A stretch of 64,000 nt of DNA from Octopus sinensis (lineage: Eukaryota). A program made the translations under genes and the position numbers. Below are positions 11,044 to 22,665 of the stretch, in pieces; the first letter of the stretch is position 1; the number at the start of each line of letters is the position of its first letter. The notes under the pieces were generated by a model. The model saw nothing but the letters and a program-made list of their open reading frames with translations, ran no database searches and was not told where the DNA came from. The DNA lies in the NCBI RefSeq assembly GCF_006345805.1, contig NC_043010.1:33170001-33234000 (forward strand), written 5' to 3'.

Positions 11044-13426
11044 CTAAAAAAAAAAATATAATATCTGTAAATTTTTCATCATTATCATTCATTTAAGTCC
11101 ATTTTTTCAAAAACACCTACAAGGTTTCCATATATTATTTATGAGGACTTATTTTATAGTTTAATTTTAACTCCTGAGAACTATATAGTTGCATGATCTG
11201 CTAGAAATAGTAGCCAAATGTCATTCAAATCATATCCTACTGTCTTTAAAAACAAACTGAATAGTCACAGCAAGTCTGCTCTGTTAAGACTGACCTGAAG
11301 CTGAACAACAATAACATACTTCTTTTAAATTCTAGAGCACATTCTTTGATCCTTCATCTACCTAAGCTTCTCCAGAATTAACTTTCATCTTTCTTTTGTA
11401 ATTATCTCATACAAGATTTTTCAAAATTTTTTCCAATTTCCATGTAGCTCCTCTTGCAATGCAATGTTATCAGTTGTACCATTTCATCTCCCATTACACT
11501 GTTGGAAAAACTATTCAAAGTATTGTTGTGATAGGTAAACATGTTCCTTGGTTTGTTGTAGCTATCACAGCTAAGGCTGTACTGAAGCACTGTCTTTAAA
11601 ATATGGCTATTTATTGTATTTTATTAACACTCATTTATTTTATAACAATCATAATAATCACACATTTTTCAGGAGCAAAACAGTTCCTTACTTCAAATAT
11701 GTTAACACAAACCTAACTAACTAAATAACTTTCTGGCAAGCTACTGGCCTATTTGAATTATTTCTCTTAGCTCATCTTTTCAATTATGCAAGTTAATTAT
11801 TACCATGCATGAATCAGATGATCACAACTGTCTTGAGTAAATTATACTATGCTAAAGAGGTCCAATAACACTGAAACATGTCTTCCCCTGGCTTATTTGA
11901 GTTATTATTTCTCTTAGCTCATTTTATTTTCTGTTTTTCTTTGATATATTTCTGGTGTGTCAAGGCTAAAGAAACAACTGAATAATTCAAGACTATGCCT
12001 CTAGTATAAGTTCCAACTGCTATTTTTTATACCAAGAGTTAAACCTTGTTGTTATTTGGTCTATATATCACTTCAGTGTAACATTCTACAAAACACAAAT
12101 ACAACCTACACTGGAGAAGTGCTCACGTATCACGAACAGAGCTGATGCTACACACACACACAAACATCCTCAAATGCATACAAAATAAAAACCTGGTTAA
12201 TTGACAAAGACTCCCATACCAATCTGGTATAACCATAAACCACATACTATTAACACGCATCATCAACATCATCATCATTTTAACATCCACTTTTCCATGC
12301 TTGCATAGGTCTGATGGAATTTGTCAAGACAAATTTTCTATGACTCGATGCCTTTCCTGTTGCCAACCCTCACTTGTTTCCAGAAAGTGATATTTCCTAT
12401 GGTCAGATATATTTTTCACAGAGAAGTAGAGAGATGAATAACACCACTTGCTTTCTGAACTATCATCTATCTATTTTCAAGTAGTCATCTCAATTTTGTT
12501 TCTCCGTTATTAAACAATAATCCCAGTACTCCCTTCCTAATATTGCAGACCCTGAAACTCACTCCCTACCAACATCTTCCCAGCTCACAGGTGAAGCTGA
12601 ACATCAAAAGTACCCTTGTCAGAGAACCTGTAGAGATCAAAGAAACTCATCTGTTTTCCTCTAACTAAATAGTAAATAAAACCCACTTCAAATGACAGTG
12701 AGCAGTAACAATGAAACTCCTGGTAAATTGCATTATTATAAGTAAATGGCTTTCCATCAGTTTCAACAATGAAGATTCAGTTGTTCAATCAAGTGGACAA
12801 CCTGCTTATTGAATTAGCATGAAAGTGGATGAGTATTCCACAGGCACATGTACCATTAACATAATTCTCAGCATGACTGTACAGATACAGTCCATTCAAC
12901 AGGCTTTCACATAGCTTCTGTCAACCCTATTGAACTCACAAGGCTTGAATCAATTCAAGACAATGGTAAAAGACACTTAAGGTGTTGTATAGTGGGATTG
13001 AACCCAGCATTTCATCATTATGAAGCAAACTTCTCGACTATTCAGTTATGCTCTCTCCACATACTACATATAAAGTAATATCAATAAACTGAACTCCAGT
13101 GGACTTGAAAGATACATTTTTCATCTTGTACGTTTGTGTAAGTGAAAGTTTTCAGAGAAATTTCAGTTTCCTTTCCTACCTTCTCTGTGTCATTCCAATT
13201 TTATTCAGAGAAGATGATCCCAGTCACAAACAATTATGTATAAACCTACTTTTATTTCTGAGAGAATATCACATAATTTTAAACTAATATTACAAAAGGA
13301 AAATAACTTGAAATAGAATGATCAAGCATAAAAAGAAATTCAGAAATTGGTTAGTATATAAAAGTGTGTGTTATTTAATCTTAAAAGTCAAACAAGAGAG
13401 ATTATAATATTTGGATTAAAACATAC

Positions 13427-13537
13427 CATCAGCCACAAAGGAAGAATAACTAAGATGATGCATAACAGTATCCAAAGCTTGGTATCAGACCACCTAATCT
13501 GAGAGTCAGGGAAGAAGAAATCAGGAAATAATTCCAC
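13427..13537 (-). CDS. PEMT-like gene, exon 2: VELFPDFFFPDSQIRWSDTKLWILLCIILVILPLWLM
   Basis: ttttattttag| ... gatg|gtatgt; 111 nt, phase 0-0; hydrophobic TM1 preceded by I.WSD. Confidence 0.88.
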
Positions 13538-13654
13538 CTAAAATAAAATTTTTAAATCATGAATTAAAAGAAATTTTTTTAAAATTACTTTTCTCTGAAA
13601 ATACTGATATAATTTTTACACATTGTGTGTGTGTGTGTGTTTCTGTAATTCATC

Positions 13655-14525
13655 ATTGTCAAGATCCTTTAACTGATGCAGCCAGTTGTTGGAGTGTCAC
13701 TCTAGACACTTTCATAGTCAGCCATTGCCACTGGTCTCTGTTCTGTCATGCATAACAGGTTCACAGTGCTGTGAACAGTCCAGTCCCTTGATGGTGCCAA
13801 ACCAGAATTTTCTCAGCCTGCTTCTCTTTCGCTTTCCCTCAAGTTGTAGCAGGATACATGACCATGATAGGTAAGCTTCTATCTTTTTACCTGCAGAAGG
13901 AGTGGTTCCTGTCTACCAGCATACTTGTTGGCTTGCTGCCTGATAAAGCTGTTCATTTTGTGCTCTGTATATGGGATGTGCAATAGCCTTCTGAAATACT
14001 TGTGCTCAAATATCTGGATACTTTGTCAGCTATAAGAGTACAGCTTTCACATCCATACAGAAGGACTGAAGTCACTAGGGTCTTGTGCAACTCTGAGTCT
14101 TGTTGGAAAACTAATGAAACTGCTTTTCCATATATTGTTCAGCTTTGTTGTGACAGTAGAGACTAAGCTGAGTCTTGTTGTTATCTCCCTTTGAGATACT
14201 CCAATTCTTCAGAAAAAAGTCAGAGGCAATGTACATACTTAAACATAGGAAATTCCCTGGAGTGGATAACATCCCATCAGAGCTAAAACATGGAGGGCCA
14301 AAGCTTATCAAGGCACTAACAGTTGCCTGTCAGAAGATATGAGAGAAAGCAATAGCCAAAGGAGTGGACCCACTGATGATATTCATTCCCAAAAAAGGCA
14401 ACTTAAGACTCTGTAAGAATTATAGAACCATCAGCCTAATTAGTCCCCCAGCAAAGTATTGTTAAGAGGCCTGATAAACAGACTTAAGGGGAATGCAGAA
14501 GAAATCTTTGACCAAAGACAGCAGA
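13655..14525 (-). mobile_element. RTE-type LINE remnant with an inverted 5' segment
   Basis: About 13655-14325 on minus has RTE C-terminal motifs (LVTSVLLYGCESCTL). About 14335-14525 on plus has IFIPKKGNLRLCKNYRTISLIS (RT N-terminal). Confidence 0.75.
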
Positions 14526-14757
14526 TCTCAAAAGGAGGTGTCTGTAATTAGAGATATGTAAACATAGAAATTATTTCTATATAAATCTAGTAAGCTTTTG
14601 AGAAAATCTTTTCCAAAATTTTATTAAACCGAAAATCTTAATAATCCCTTCGTAAATTTGTTATATTTTACAACAAAGAGATATAAGATCTGTACATAAA
14701 TATGGTATGCTGTGCATGTCAATGGATATATTTAGAATTTATGTAAAGAAGCAGTTT

Positions 14758-15178
14758 GGATCTTTTCAGTTTGAACGGTAGTTTTTTCTAGTGGTGTCAT
14801 ATGAAATTGTCACCCATAATTATAACCCTAGTATCGATCGATTGCATTTCAATTTGGGTTAGGGTTAGTTAGGGTTAGAGGTGGGGGGACGGGTATCTTT
14901 GTTTCTTCACAAATGTAAATAAACCCAATCTGTTTCTTAAACGAGGGACATATTCATACGGCACAGAATGTTTTTTACCTCAATAGACGTCATTGATTGG
15001 TTGAAATCGCAGAAATTGAAGAAAAAAAACAACAAATATCTTACAAACTATAGAATTTTCTCAATAAAGCCAAGAGAAAAAGATGTTTTATAAACACATT
15101 CTACCAGTATACCAAATTTAAAATGTTTTAGTTACCTAGAAATTATGTTAAAAACTGCCGTTCAAACCGAAAAGAGAC
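14758..15178. mobile_element. Non-autonomous element with GGATCTTTTC(A/G)GTTTGAACGG inverted ends and an internal TTAGGG-like tract; partial inverted copy at 23119-23345
   Basis: Ends are GGATCTTTTCAGTTTGAACGGTAGTTTT and AAAACTGCCGTTCAAACCGAAAAGA; GGGTTAGGGTTAGTTAGGGTTAG at about 14857-14880. Confidence 0.8.
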
Positions 15179-15239
15179 ACTAAATTACGTTATAAGATAC
15201 AAAACAGTGTTTCAAAGTTTAGTACGATGCCAGCAGTTT

Positions 15240-15415
15240 TAGGGGAAGGGGATACCACACAGTACTTAACTAGTATTTTATTTTATTGAACCCTATAGGA
15301 TAAAATGTAAAGTTGAAGTCGGTGGGATTTGAACTCAGAACGTAAAGAACCGAAAGAAATGCCGCGTAGCATTTTGCCAAACGTGCTAACGATTCTGCCA
15401 GAGAGCCATTAACCA
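15240..15415 (-). mobile_element. tRNA-derived SINE, family B (copies at about 22700-22895 -, 39690-39875 -, 53124-53320 +, 60965-61180 +)
   Basis: CTGGCAGAATCGTTAGCACG...AAATGC...TTACGTTCTGAGTTCAAAT head, repeated in the window. Confidence 0.85.
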
Positions 15416-16134
15416 AATAGGAAACATGAATGGTAGTGTCTCTGAGATATATTTGGCAAGTTAGAAGAAAACTGCTGTGGGTGAGAATCTGGAAAGTAAA
15501 TCCTTCTCAAAATTTGAAGTAAGGCTGTGAGCTTTATTTCAGTGAGGTGGCAGTTAATCAAGGGCCCCGGATTTATTCCAGCTAAATTCCACTGTTATAT
15601 GTCCTGGGTGAAAGGGGTGATGTCAATCAACTCCGATATGGATTGCTACTGACAAGCTGTTTATTCGATACCACTCAAAAAACAAAGCAAGAGCGCTCTA
15701 GCCGTGACCACCTTGTCTCTTTTATATATCAGGAACTACATGATCCAATGTGTCCGGGGTTTTTCTTTCTTTCTTTCTTTTGAGACTGTAGTGGTTGATT
15801 CGAAGATCATTTGGTTGCAATTTTTCGTAGATGCACAGATTCCCTTGATCATTCGTTTCTGGTAAATTTATCAACCAAGTTTAGATTGAACATGAACTAA
15901 GAATCTAGCGAGACTTAACTAAAGTACTGTAAGACTTGAAATATGACGCTCTACAGAGTCAGCTACCTTATACTGCCCTGTAAAGAGAATTTTGCACATA
16001 TCCCTTCACATTGACAGAAGAAACATAAATAAAGGAATTTCTGTCATCATTTTCTTTATGCTTCAATGAATAAATCTCATGATGCTAGTAGAAAAACAAA
16101 CTGTCGCTGAATATAATGAAATATTTTAAGTTAC

Positions 16135-16215
16135 CTTGCTGAAGTCTATCATTGTGTTTTCACCGCAACAACCGTAAAAGAGATATGATGGAAAAGAGAC
16201 GTCCGCAGACGCCAT
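16135..16215 (-). CDS. PEMT-like gene, exon 1: MASADVSFPSYLFYGCCGENTMIDFSK
   Basis: ATG in a CpG-enriched segment; donor agcaag|gtaact, phase 0. GCCGENTMIDFSK matches the recalled human long-isoform PEMT N-terminus DCCGGLGNIDFRQ, with the intron at the same place. The seven exons join to 744 nt, 247 aa, with no internal stop. Confidence 0.88.
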
Positions 16216-16339
16216 AACTGTCGAGCCTCGTTTTAGATACACAGAAGTTTGTTTTGTTTTTTAAATCGGACATAAGGGTTCGATTTCTACTAGAACACAT
16301 TTTTTTTAAATTTATATTCATGACATCATGGTAAAGGCA

Positions 16340-16625
16340 TGAGACTAACGATTGGGGTGTACAGTTTACAATTATATGCTTGTGAGGTTAATTCCTGGAC
16401 AGATTGACACTCTGTCTTTGAGCAAAGCACTTTCCTGATTGCTCGTTGCTCCAGTCCCGATGTAAACGAACACCAACCGGTTGCTAATACAGTCCTCTTT
16501 CCCTTTAGCTATCACATCATTGATGTTCCACTGAGTGAAAGGGGATGGGTCGTGAGGGTATTCGTTTCTGCTCACGACTGCATAAACGATTAGCAAGCTA
16601 TACCCGTTTATAAGTGACACCTGGC
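16340..16625 (+). mobile_element. Decayed SINE immediately upstream of the PEMT-like first exon
   Basis: TTGAGCAAAGCACTTT...CGTTGCTCCAGTC core typical of these tRNA-derived SINEs. Confidence 0.6.
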
Positions 16626-17189
16626 TGTACTATAACTCCGTGACATTACGATTTCTAAGAAAATTATAGATTATTATGTCTACTGCAGTGTACGTCAAAA
16701 CTATAATGAGAAATATTTATACAGTGAAGAAATTATACATTATTAGTCCTATGGCTCATAGTTTAATCAGTAGACTAGGATGGGAAACAACTCTAGATAG
16801 GTATCGGCCTTATTGTGTCTCCTCATCAACATAAATTTCACCAGACTTACCAGGATAGTAATGAGAGAATCACCAAATTGGTTTAAATAATATATTGGTA
16901 ACTGAGCTTGTATCTTTTCTTCACCACATAAATATTTCTAACTAGATTCTTAATGCTTAAACCATTGTTTGTCGTTTGGATGGCATTTCTCAGTAATTAA
17001 TCTCCATCATTATTCTTTAATATACATTTTTATGTCTGTTCACCATCTCACATGTATGGAAACATAAACACAGTTTATACAGACCCAATCATATAAGGTG
17101 CTTTGCTTCACACTTTTAAATACTCACAATGGAAGAATGCCAATTTCACCACATTGTCTACAATGTGTTATTACTTAAACATTAAACCA

Positions 17190-20100
17190 TCTTTTCGGGA
17201 GAATTGCCAGACTTGCGGGATACAGGGATGACACATTGGAACAAACAGTTAAATTAGCATTTGTGACAGGATTTCCTGACCACGTGTCAGTCGAACTACA
17301 AAAGCTGCCAAATATTCACTCCATGGCAATAGGAGAGGTAACATCTCAGTCCAGAGTCATCATCTCGTGTTGCAAGATGACACCTTTGGCAGCGACTGCA
17401 ACAAAAGGTCAAACAAAGAGTGGCAGAGAGGGGTCAAACAAAGAACATGTGTAACCCTTCAAAGGGCAGTGTTTTCGGTGTCAGGGTTCGCACATGGTGA
17501 GAGACTGCAAAGAACCCAGGCCTGGAGTAATTTGCTATCGATGCAGATAAACAGGCCGCATCATTAGTGAATGCGTTCAGGGAAACGGTCTAAGGGAGAC
17601 TACTGTACCAGTAGTCGTCCCGTCGAAAGAATAAAGCATGTATACAGTCGTTGCCAGTAATAGATGTTGTGGTGGACAGAAAGATATCACTAGCCCTCAT
17701 GGACATGGACTGCTCAACAACCCTAATGAATCTGGAGGTGGTAGAAGAATGGAATGGACTGAGTAGTGTAAGGGTTGTTGATGATACAGAAGTTGAATGC
17801 AGAGGAAGGAGCGATGTGGAGATGGTGGTACAAGGGATGAGATTAAGGGCGCACACGATCATGATTGACCGCATAGTGGACGGAATCGATGTGGTGATGG
17901 GGATGGACGCCATTGTCCATTTGGGAGGTGTCACGGTCAATGAAGCTGGTGTAACGTACAGTGATGCGGGGGCACTATGCACCGTGAGTCCATAATGGGA
18001 GAGTGGGGAGAGCTGTGAAGAAAAATATGCTGCATACACCATTGCAGACAAGAATTTGGGGGCTGTGTTCAATAGCCGGCAGTGGACAGTGGAATGGTAC
18101 TGGGAGGGAGATCCTCCGACATTGAAGCATACCCTGAAAAGTGATGCCAAAAGCGAGTCCGAGGGAGTGGTGGAAAGGTGGATCAAAGAAGGCAGTCTGA
18201 TCCCTTGGAAGGAGGAAGCAGAGAGTGGACTGCTACCACTGATGGCAGTGGTGCAGCCGAAGAAACATAAAGTCAGGCCAGTATTAGATTTCCAAGAGCT
18301 GAACAACCACGTATTGTGCTATATGGGCGGCAAAGCCACGGACATTTGCAGTGAAACCTTGAGAGAGTGGAAGCAGATGACAGGGGCCTCCACAATCGTC
18401 AATTTGAAGTCGGCATATGTGCAGCTGCATGTGGCTGCGAGACTGTGGAAATATCAGCTAGTAAGGTGTAAGAGTCGGACATACTGCTTGACCAGGTTGG
18501 GATTCGGGCTAAATTCAGCACCAAAGATTATGGCGACAATTCTCAAAACCATCCTGGGAAAGGTGGACAAGGTGAAAAGAGCCACCAATTCCTATATTGA
18601 TGACATCCTGGTGGACGGGAGCATAGTGTCGGCAAAGGAGGTCATAAGCCACCTGAAGAGTTTTGGGCTAACTGTCAAACTGCCAGAGGCAATGGAAGGA
18701 GAAGCTACACTGGGACTCAAGGTATGGAGAGACAAGGCCAGCGCATTAGTGTTTCAGAGAGGGAATGAGATCCCAGAACTGGGTTCCAAGATGAGTAGGT
18801 GAGAACAGTTTTCTGTGTGTGGGAAGCTGCTGGGGCACTACTCAATTGCAGGATGGCTCCAGACTGCATGCAGATTTATCAAGAGGTGAACTGAAGGAGT
18901 GAGGTGGAGTGACAATGTGGCTGAAAAAACAACTGCCATGATGCAAGAAGTCTTGGAGAGAGTGACGGCGGAGGACCCAATAGGAGGAAACTGGTATGTG
19001 CCCCAATTGAAGAATGGGATCGTGTGGTGTGATGCCAGCAGCATAGCAACAGGTGTTGTCCTGGAAATTGGAGGCATCATGGTGGAGGATGCAGCCTGGC
19101 TCAGGAAGTAGGACGACTGCAACCACATCAACGTGCTGGAGCTGGATACCATGTTGAAGGGGCTAAACCTGGCCCTGAGGTGGAGGATGCATACCATCGA
19201 GATCTGGACTGATTTGGCCACTGTACTTAGATTGGTGGGATCAAAGGTCACTGGCGAGGAGAGGATGCGAACCAAAGGAGGCACAGAGATACTGATAAGA
19301 TGCCATTTGGGAATTTGGGAGTGAGCTAGCTGCCAATTTTGACCCAAGGCTGAGTGTGGTTTTTGTGCCCTCTGAGAGGAAAAGAGCAGACATCCTGACC
19401 AGATTAAAGAAAGCCTGGTTGCAGGTGCCGGAGGATCTGGAGCAAGAAGTGGATTCAGTGTGTTGACTGAGTGACTCAGTGCATACCATGCATCACATGG
19501 GAGTGGACAGGACCCTGATACTAGCCAGGAAAGTTGACTCTGCACACTCTGACTAGGCAAAGTGTGCTGAGAGTAGTTGGGAGTTGTGACAGGTGCCAGT
19601 CCACTGACCCTACTCCAGGTGTACATGAGGTAGGAAGCATTCCAGTTGAACACAACTGGAAATGAGTGGCAGTGGACGTGATGCACTACCAGTAGGGAAC
19701 ATACCTCTCAATGGTCGACTGCAGATCGGGGCAGTTGGCCATATGGAGAGAAATGAAGATGGGAACTTTAGAAGAAATCACAAGAATACTAAATGAGATA
19801 TTCCTAGAACAAGGCCCTGTGGATGAGTCACTTATGGACAATGGCACTGCATTTTGCTTAGAGGTGTTGGGGGAAATGCTCAACAAGTAGCATGTTAGCC
19901 ATTTCTTCAAGGCAACATACCGGCCAAGTGGCATCAACACACCATCAAGACTATAGCAGAGAGAGGTCACATCTCACTGGTCGAGTCTGTTTTTTGGTAA
20001 AATATGTTGCCCAGGACGGGACAGGCTGAGGAGTCAGTGTCACACAGGGCAATATTCAAGTATGAATAGAGACATCCATGTACTGCATTGCTGTAACCCA

Positions 20101-20729
20101 CAAAAGAGAAAGAGCATGCCTTTGTGCAGGTCGTGGAGGAAGTCTGGATCAAACCCCCAAATGCACAGTGCACATCACAATGGGGAGAGGGGACCATAAC
20201 ATCTGTAAATTCGAGGAACAATATGTCTGTAGATGCCATGCCACATCGTGTTTTGGATGTGTGCAGGATCATCACTGCGACAGAGGATGGAGCCAACAGT
20301 AATGGACAAGAGGATGAAGACGGCAGCAACATGCCAGGAACTGAGGCCAGTTCTGAAGGAAGTCCCACAGTGGTCACAGAGGGAGTGGTGCCCTCCTCAC
20401 TGGTTGGTTGATTATGAGACAAGTTAAGGCATGTGGTCAGGGTTGAGGAGAGGGTGTGGGCAGGTTAGTTGAATGATCTTCAGATCAGGGAGGGTATGCG
20501 GTGTTATGAGCCAGGCTGTGTTGTAAGGAAGGACTGGAAGTGAAAGAGTATACATGTCCTGTCGGAAGTGGGGTTGGTGAAGCATGATCAGTCAGTTGGT
20601 GGTGGACATCATATGAGAGTAGACATGTCAGACAGTATGGCAGCAGACAGAGTATATGGACATTGTGAGTGACCCTTCCAGATCAAGACAGAGCATGTGG
20701 ACATTGTGAGTGACCCTTCCAGTTCAACA
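17190..20729 (+). mobile_element. 5'-truncated, decayed Ty3/Gypsy LTR retrotransposon (gag-PR-RT-RH-IN, PPT, 3' LTR)
   Basis: Two CCHC-type knuckles (about 17470-17575); protease-like ALMDMDCSTTL; RT VRPVLDFQELN...LGFGLNSAP...YIDDILV (18056-18802); RNase H VWCDASSIATG; integrase remnants; purine tract then LTR TGTTATG...TTCAACA. Multiple stops and frameshifts. Confidence 0.92.
20502..20729 (+). repeat. 3' LTR of the Gypsy element, with an internal 24-bp direct duplication
   Basis: TG...CA ends; GGACATTGTGAGTGACCCTTCCAG occurs twice; preceded by CAGGGAGGG. No 5' LTR seen. Confidence 0.75.
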
Positions 20730-21384
20730 GTTAAGATTACTGCAATCCTCTCTTTGCTTCTGTCTTTTTCCTCCACATCACACCACCAACAGCTTTACAG
20801 AAGCAACTGTCTTTTATAGTTACACAAATTACAAATGAAACGGATAAACTCATTTATTACGTAATTGTTTAGATATGATAGTTATCTCAGTTTCCAAACA
20901 ATATGTCACAACATATTGGTATATCACAAAAGTTATCTAAGGATCCCATGATTTTTAAAGCTATAATTTAAGGCTTCAGAAAATTTACATTAAATACTTG
21001 AGTGACTCGAAAAACTTATTATTCGGGATTTTGTTACACACAAAGATGGATAATAAAATGAGGTAAGTGAAAGTTTCCTATTTGTAATCTAGTCCCACCT
21101 TTTATAAGGCATAATATATCTAAAATAACATTATTCAAAATTTACTTCCTTTTTAAGGTGATAGGGTGTGATTTGTGAGAGATTTGGCTTATATTTCTAA
21201 CAGGTTGAGCAACCACATAGAGGCTCAAGTGTCTATCATTGTAGTATATTTTTTAAATACCTCAGTTTTCCTAAGAGATCAGGAATGGTGGTATGATTTT
21301 TCATATACTCACAGAATGTGTGTATATGTGCATGCATATATATATATATACACATAAGATTTTCTGGGTAGGTTTCACTGATGG

Positions 21385-21436
<52 letters not shown>

Positions 21437-21443
<7 letters not shown>

Positions 21444-21799
21444 AATAAAACATATGCATACATACATACATACATACATATATGTACACACCTACATTTA
21501 TGTGTATATATACATGCATATATGAGTACAAGACACCACAAATAAACATAGAACACAACGAGAAACGAAAACATAAAACCAAACAAGGAAACGGACTTTT
21601 TTTAACAACGAAAAGACAACCAACACAAGGAACATTCCCCTTCTTCAGCTGCCCCTGTTCCGACTCAATGCATGTTTTATATTTTCGTTTCTCGTTTTGT
21701 TCTACGTTTATTTGTGGTGTCCTGTACTCATATATGCATGTATATATAGATGTAGGTATGTACATATATGTATGTATGCATATGTTTTATTTATTATAT
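21437..21799. repeat. Foldback element: inverted arms of about 125-140 bp around a 94-bp spacer
   Basis: 21437-21579 is largely the reverse complement of 21674-21799 (e.g. GAGTACAAGACACCACAAATAAAC / GTTTATTTGTGGTGTCCTGTACTC). Confidence 0.9.
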
Positions 21800-22219
21800 T
21801 GTTATTATATGATCGAACGCACGCGTCGTTTTTCTTCTTCTTCCAAGTAAGTTTTATTTCAATATATATATATATATGAGCAAAACGTCCACCACCCCAC
21901 CCCCGAATGGACGGTGTTGAGTTGTCAAACATTTAAACCAAATTTTCTCAAAACAACTTGTCCGACTGTCCCATAGGCCTCCCCTTTGAGAAACACTGAT
22001 TTAACCTAAATTTGAGACACCAGCAAAAGAAGAAATAACGATAGACTTTTTTTCTATTCCAAAGAAAAACGATTTTATTCACACAAATATGCAACCGAAG
22101 AGTTTAAAGTACCAGTAATGGTAAGGCTGTTGACTGGGAGAACACAAATATGGTTTAAATAGTAAGCTTGGCAGGAAAGAAACGTCTAACCCATGCCAGC
22201 ATAGAGAACAGATGTTAAA

Positions 22220-22246
22220 TGATGATGATGATGGTGATGGTGATGG

Positions 22247-22281
<35 letters not shown>

Positions 22282-22288
22282 GTGATGA
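22220..22288. repeat. (GAT/GGT)n microsatellite at the end of a family C repeat
   Basis: Visible directly. Confidence 0.95.
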
Positions 22289-22294
22289 TTTTCC

Positions 22295-22665
22295 AATTCT
22301 GAAACTTCTGGGATTCTTGAAACATTGGGTTAATTAGATGAATAACATTCCTCCCGTTGACTAACCTCAGAGTTTTTCCAAATTTTTTTTTTAAAACTGA
22401 AAGTGAATGTTGTAGAGGAAATGAAGATATATCATAAAGCTTTTCCAGAATTATCAACTTATCTACTCAAAGGTATTGGTAATCTGGAAATAATTGATTA
22501 TAGAATAGACCACAAAATGTCCTTTGCTGCTTTTCTCTCTACTTTGTACAAAATAGGGGTACTCACTGATGAAGATGCCCCAGTTATTATCAATAAGAAA
22601 TATTTACTGCTAATTCATTGAACACAACAAAAATATAGAATGGAATCTGCAGTGTCTGGAAGTTC
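22295..22665 (+). pseudogene. PTPA: Processed pseudogene fragment of PP2A phosphatase activator PTPA (PPP2R4/RRD1)
   Basis: KLLGFL..N*MNNIPPVD*PQSF then FPELSTYLLKGIGNLEIIDYRIDHKMSFAAFLSTLYKIGVLTDED...KYL...*TQQKYRMESA aligns to PTPA KLVALLNTLDRWIDETPPVDQPSRF, VPEVAVYLKESVGNSTRIDYGTGHEAAFAAFLCCLCKIGVL and YRMEPA. Contains stops and frameshifts and no introns. Confidence 0.85.

Noticed and set aside
16372-16620. 82-aa minus ORF as a protein-coding exon
   Set aside because: It is the antisense of a decayed SINE; the true first exon is 16135-16215.
17590-20422. Long minus-strand ORFs (238, 282 and 151 aa)
   Set aside because: Antisense frames of the Gypsy pol region with no independent homology.
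21236-21932. Overlapping ORFs of 60-154 aa on both strands
   Set aside because: Artefacts of TA microsatellites and the foldback repeat.
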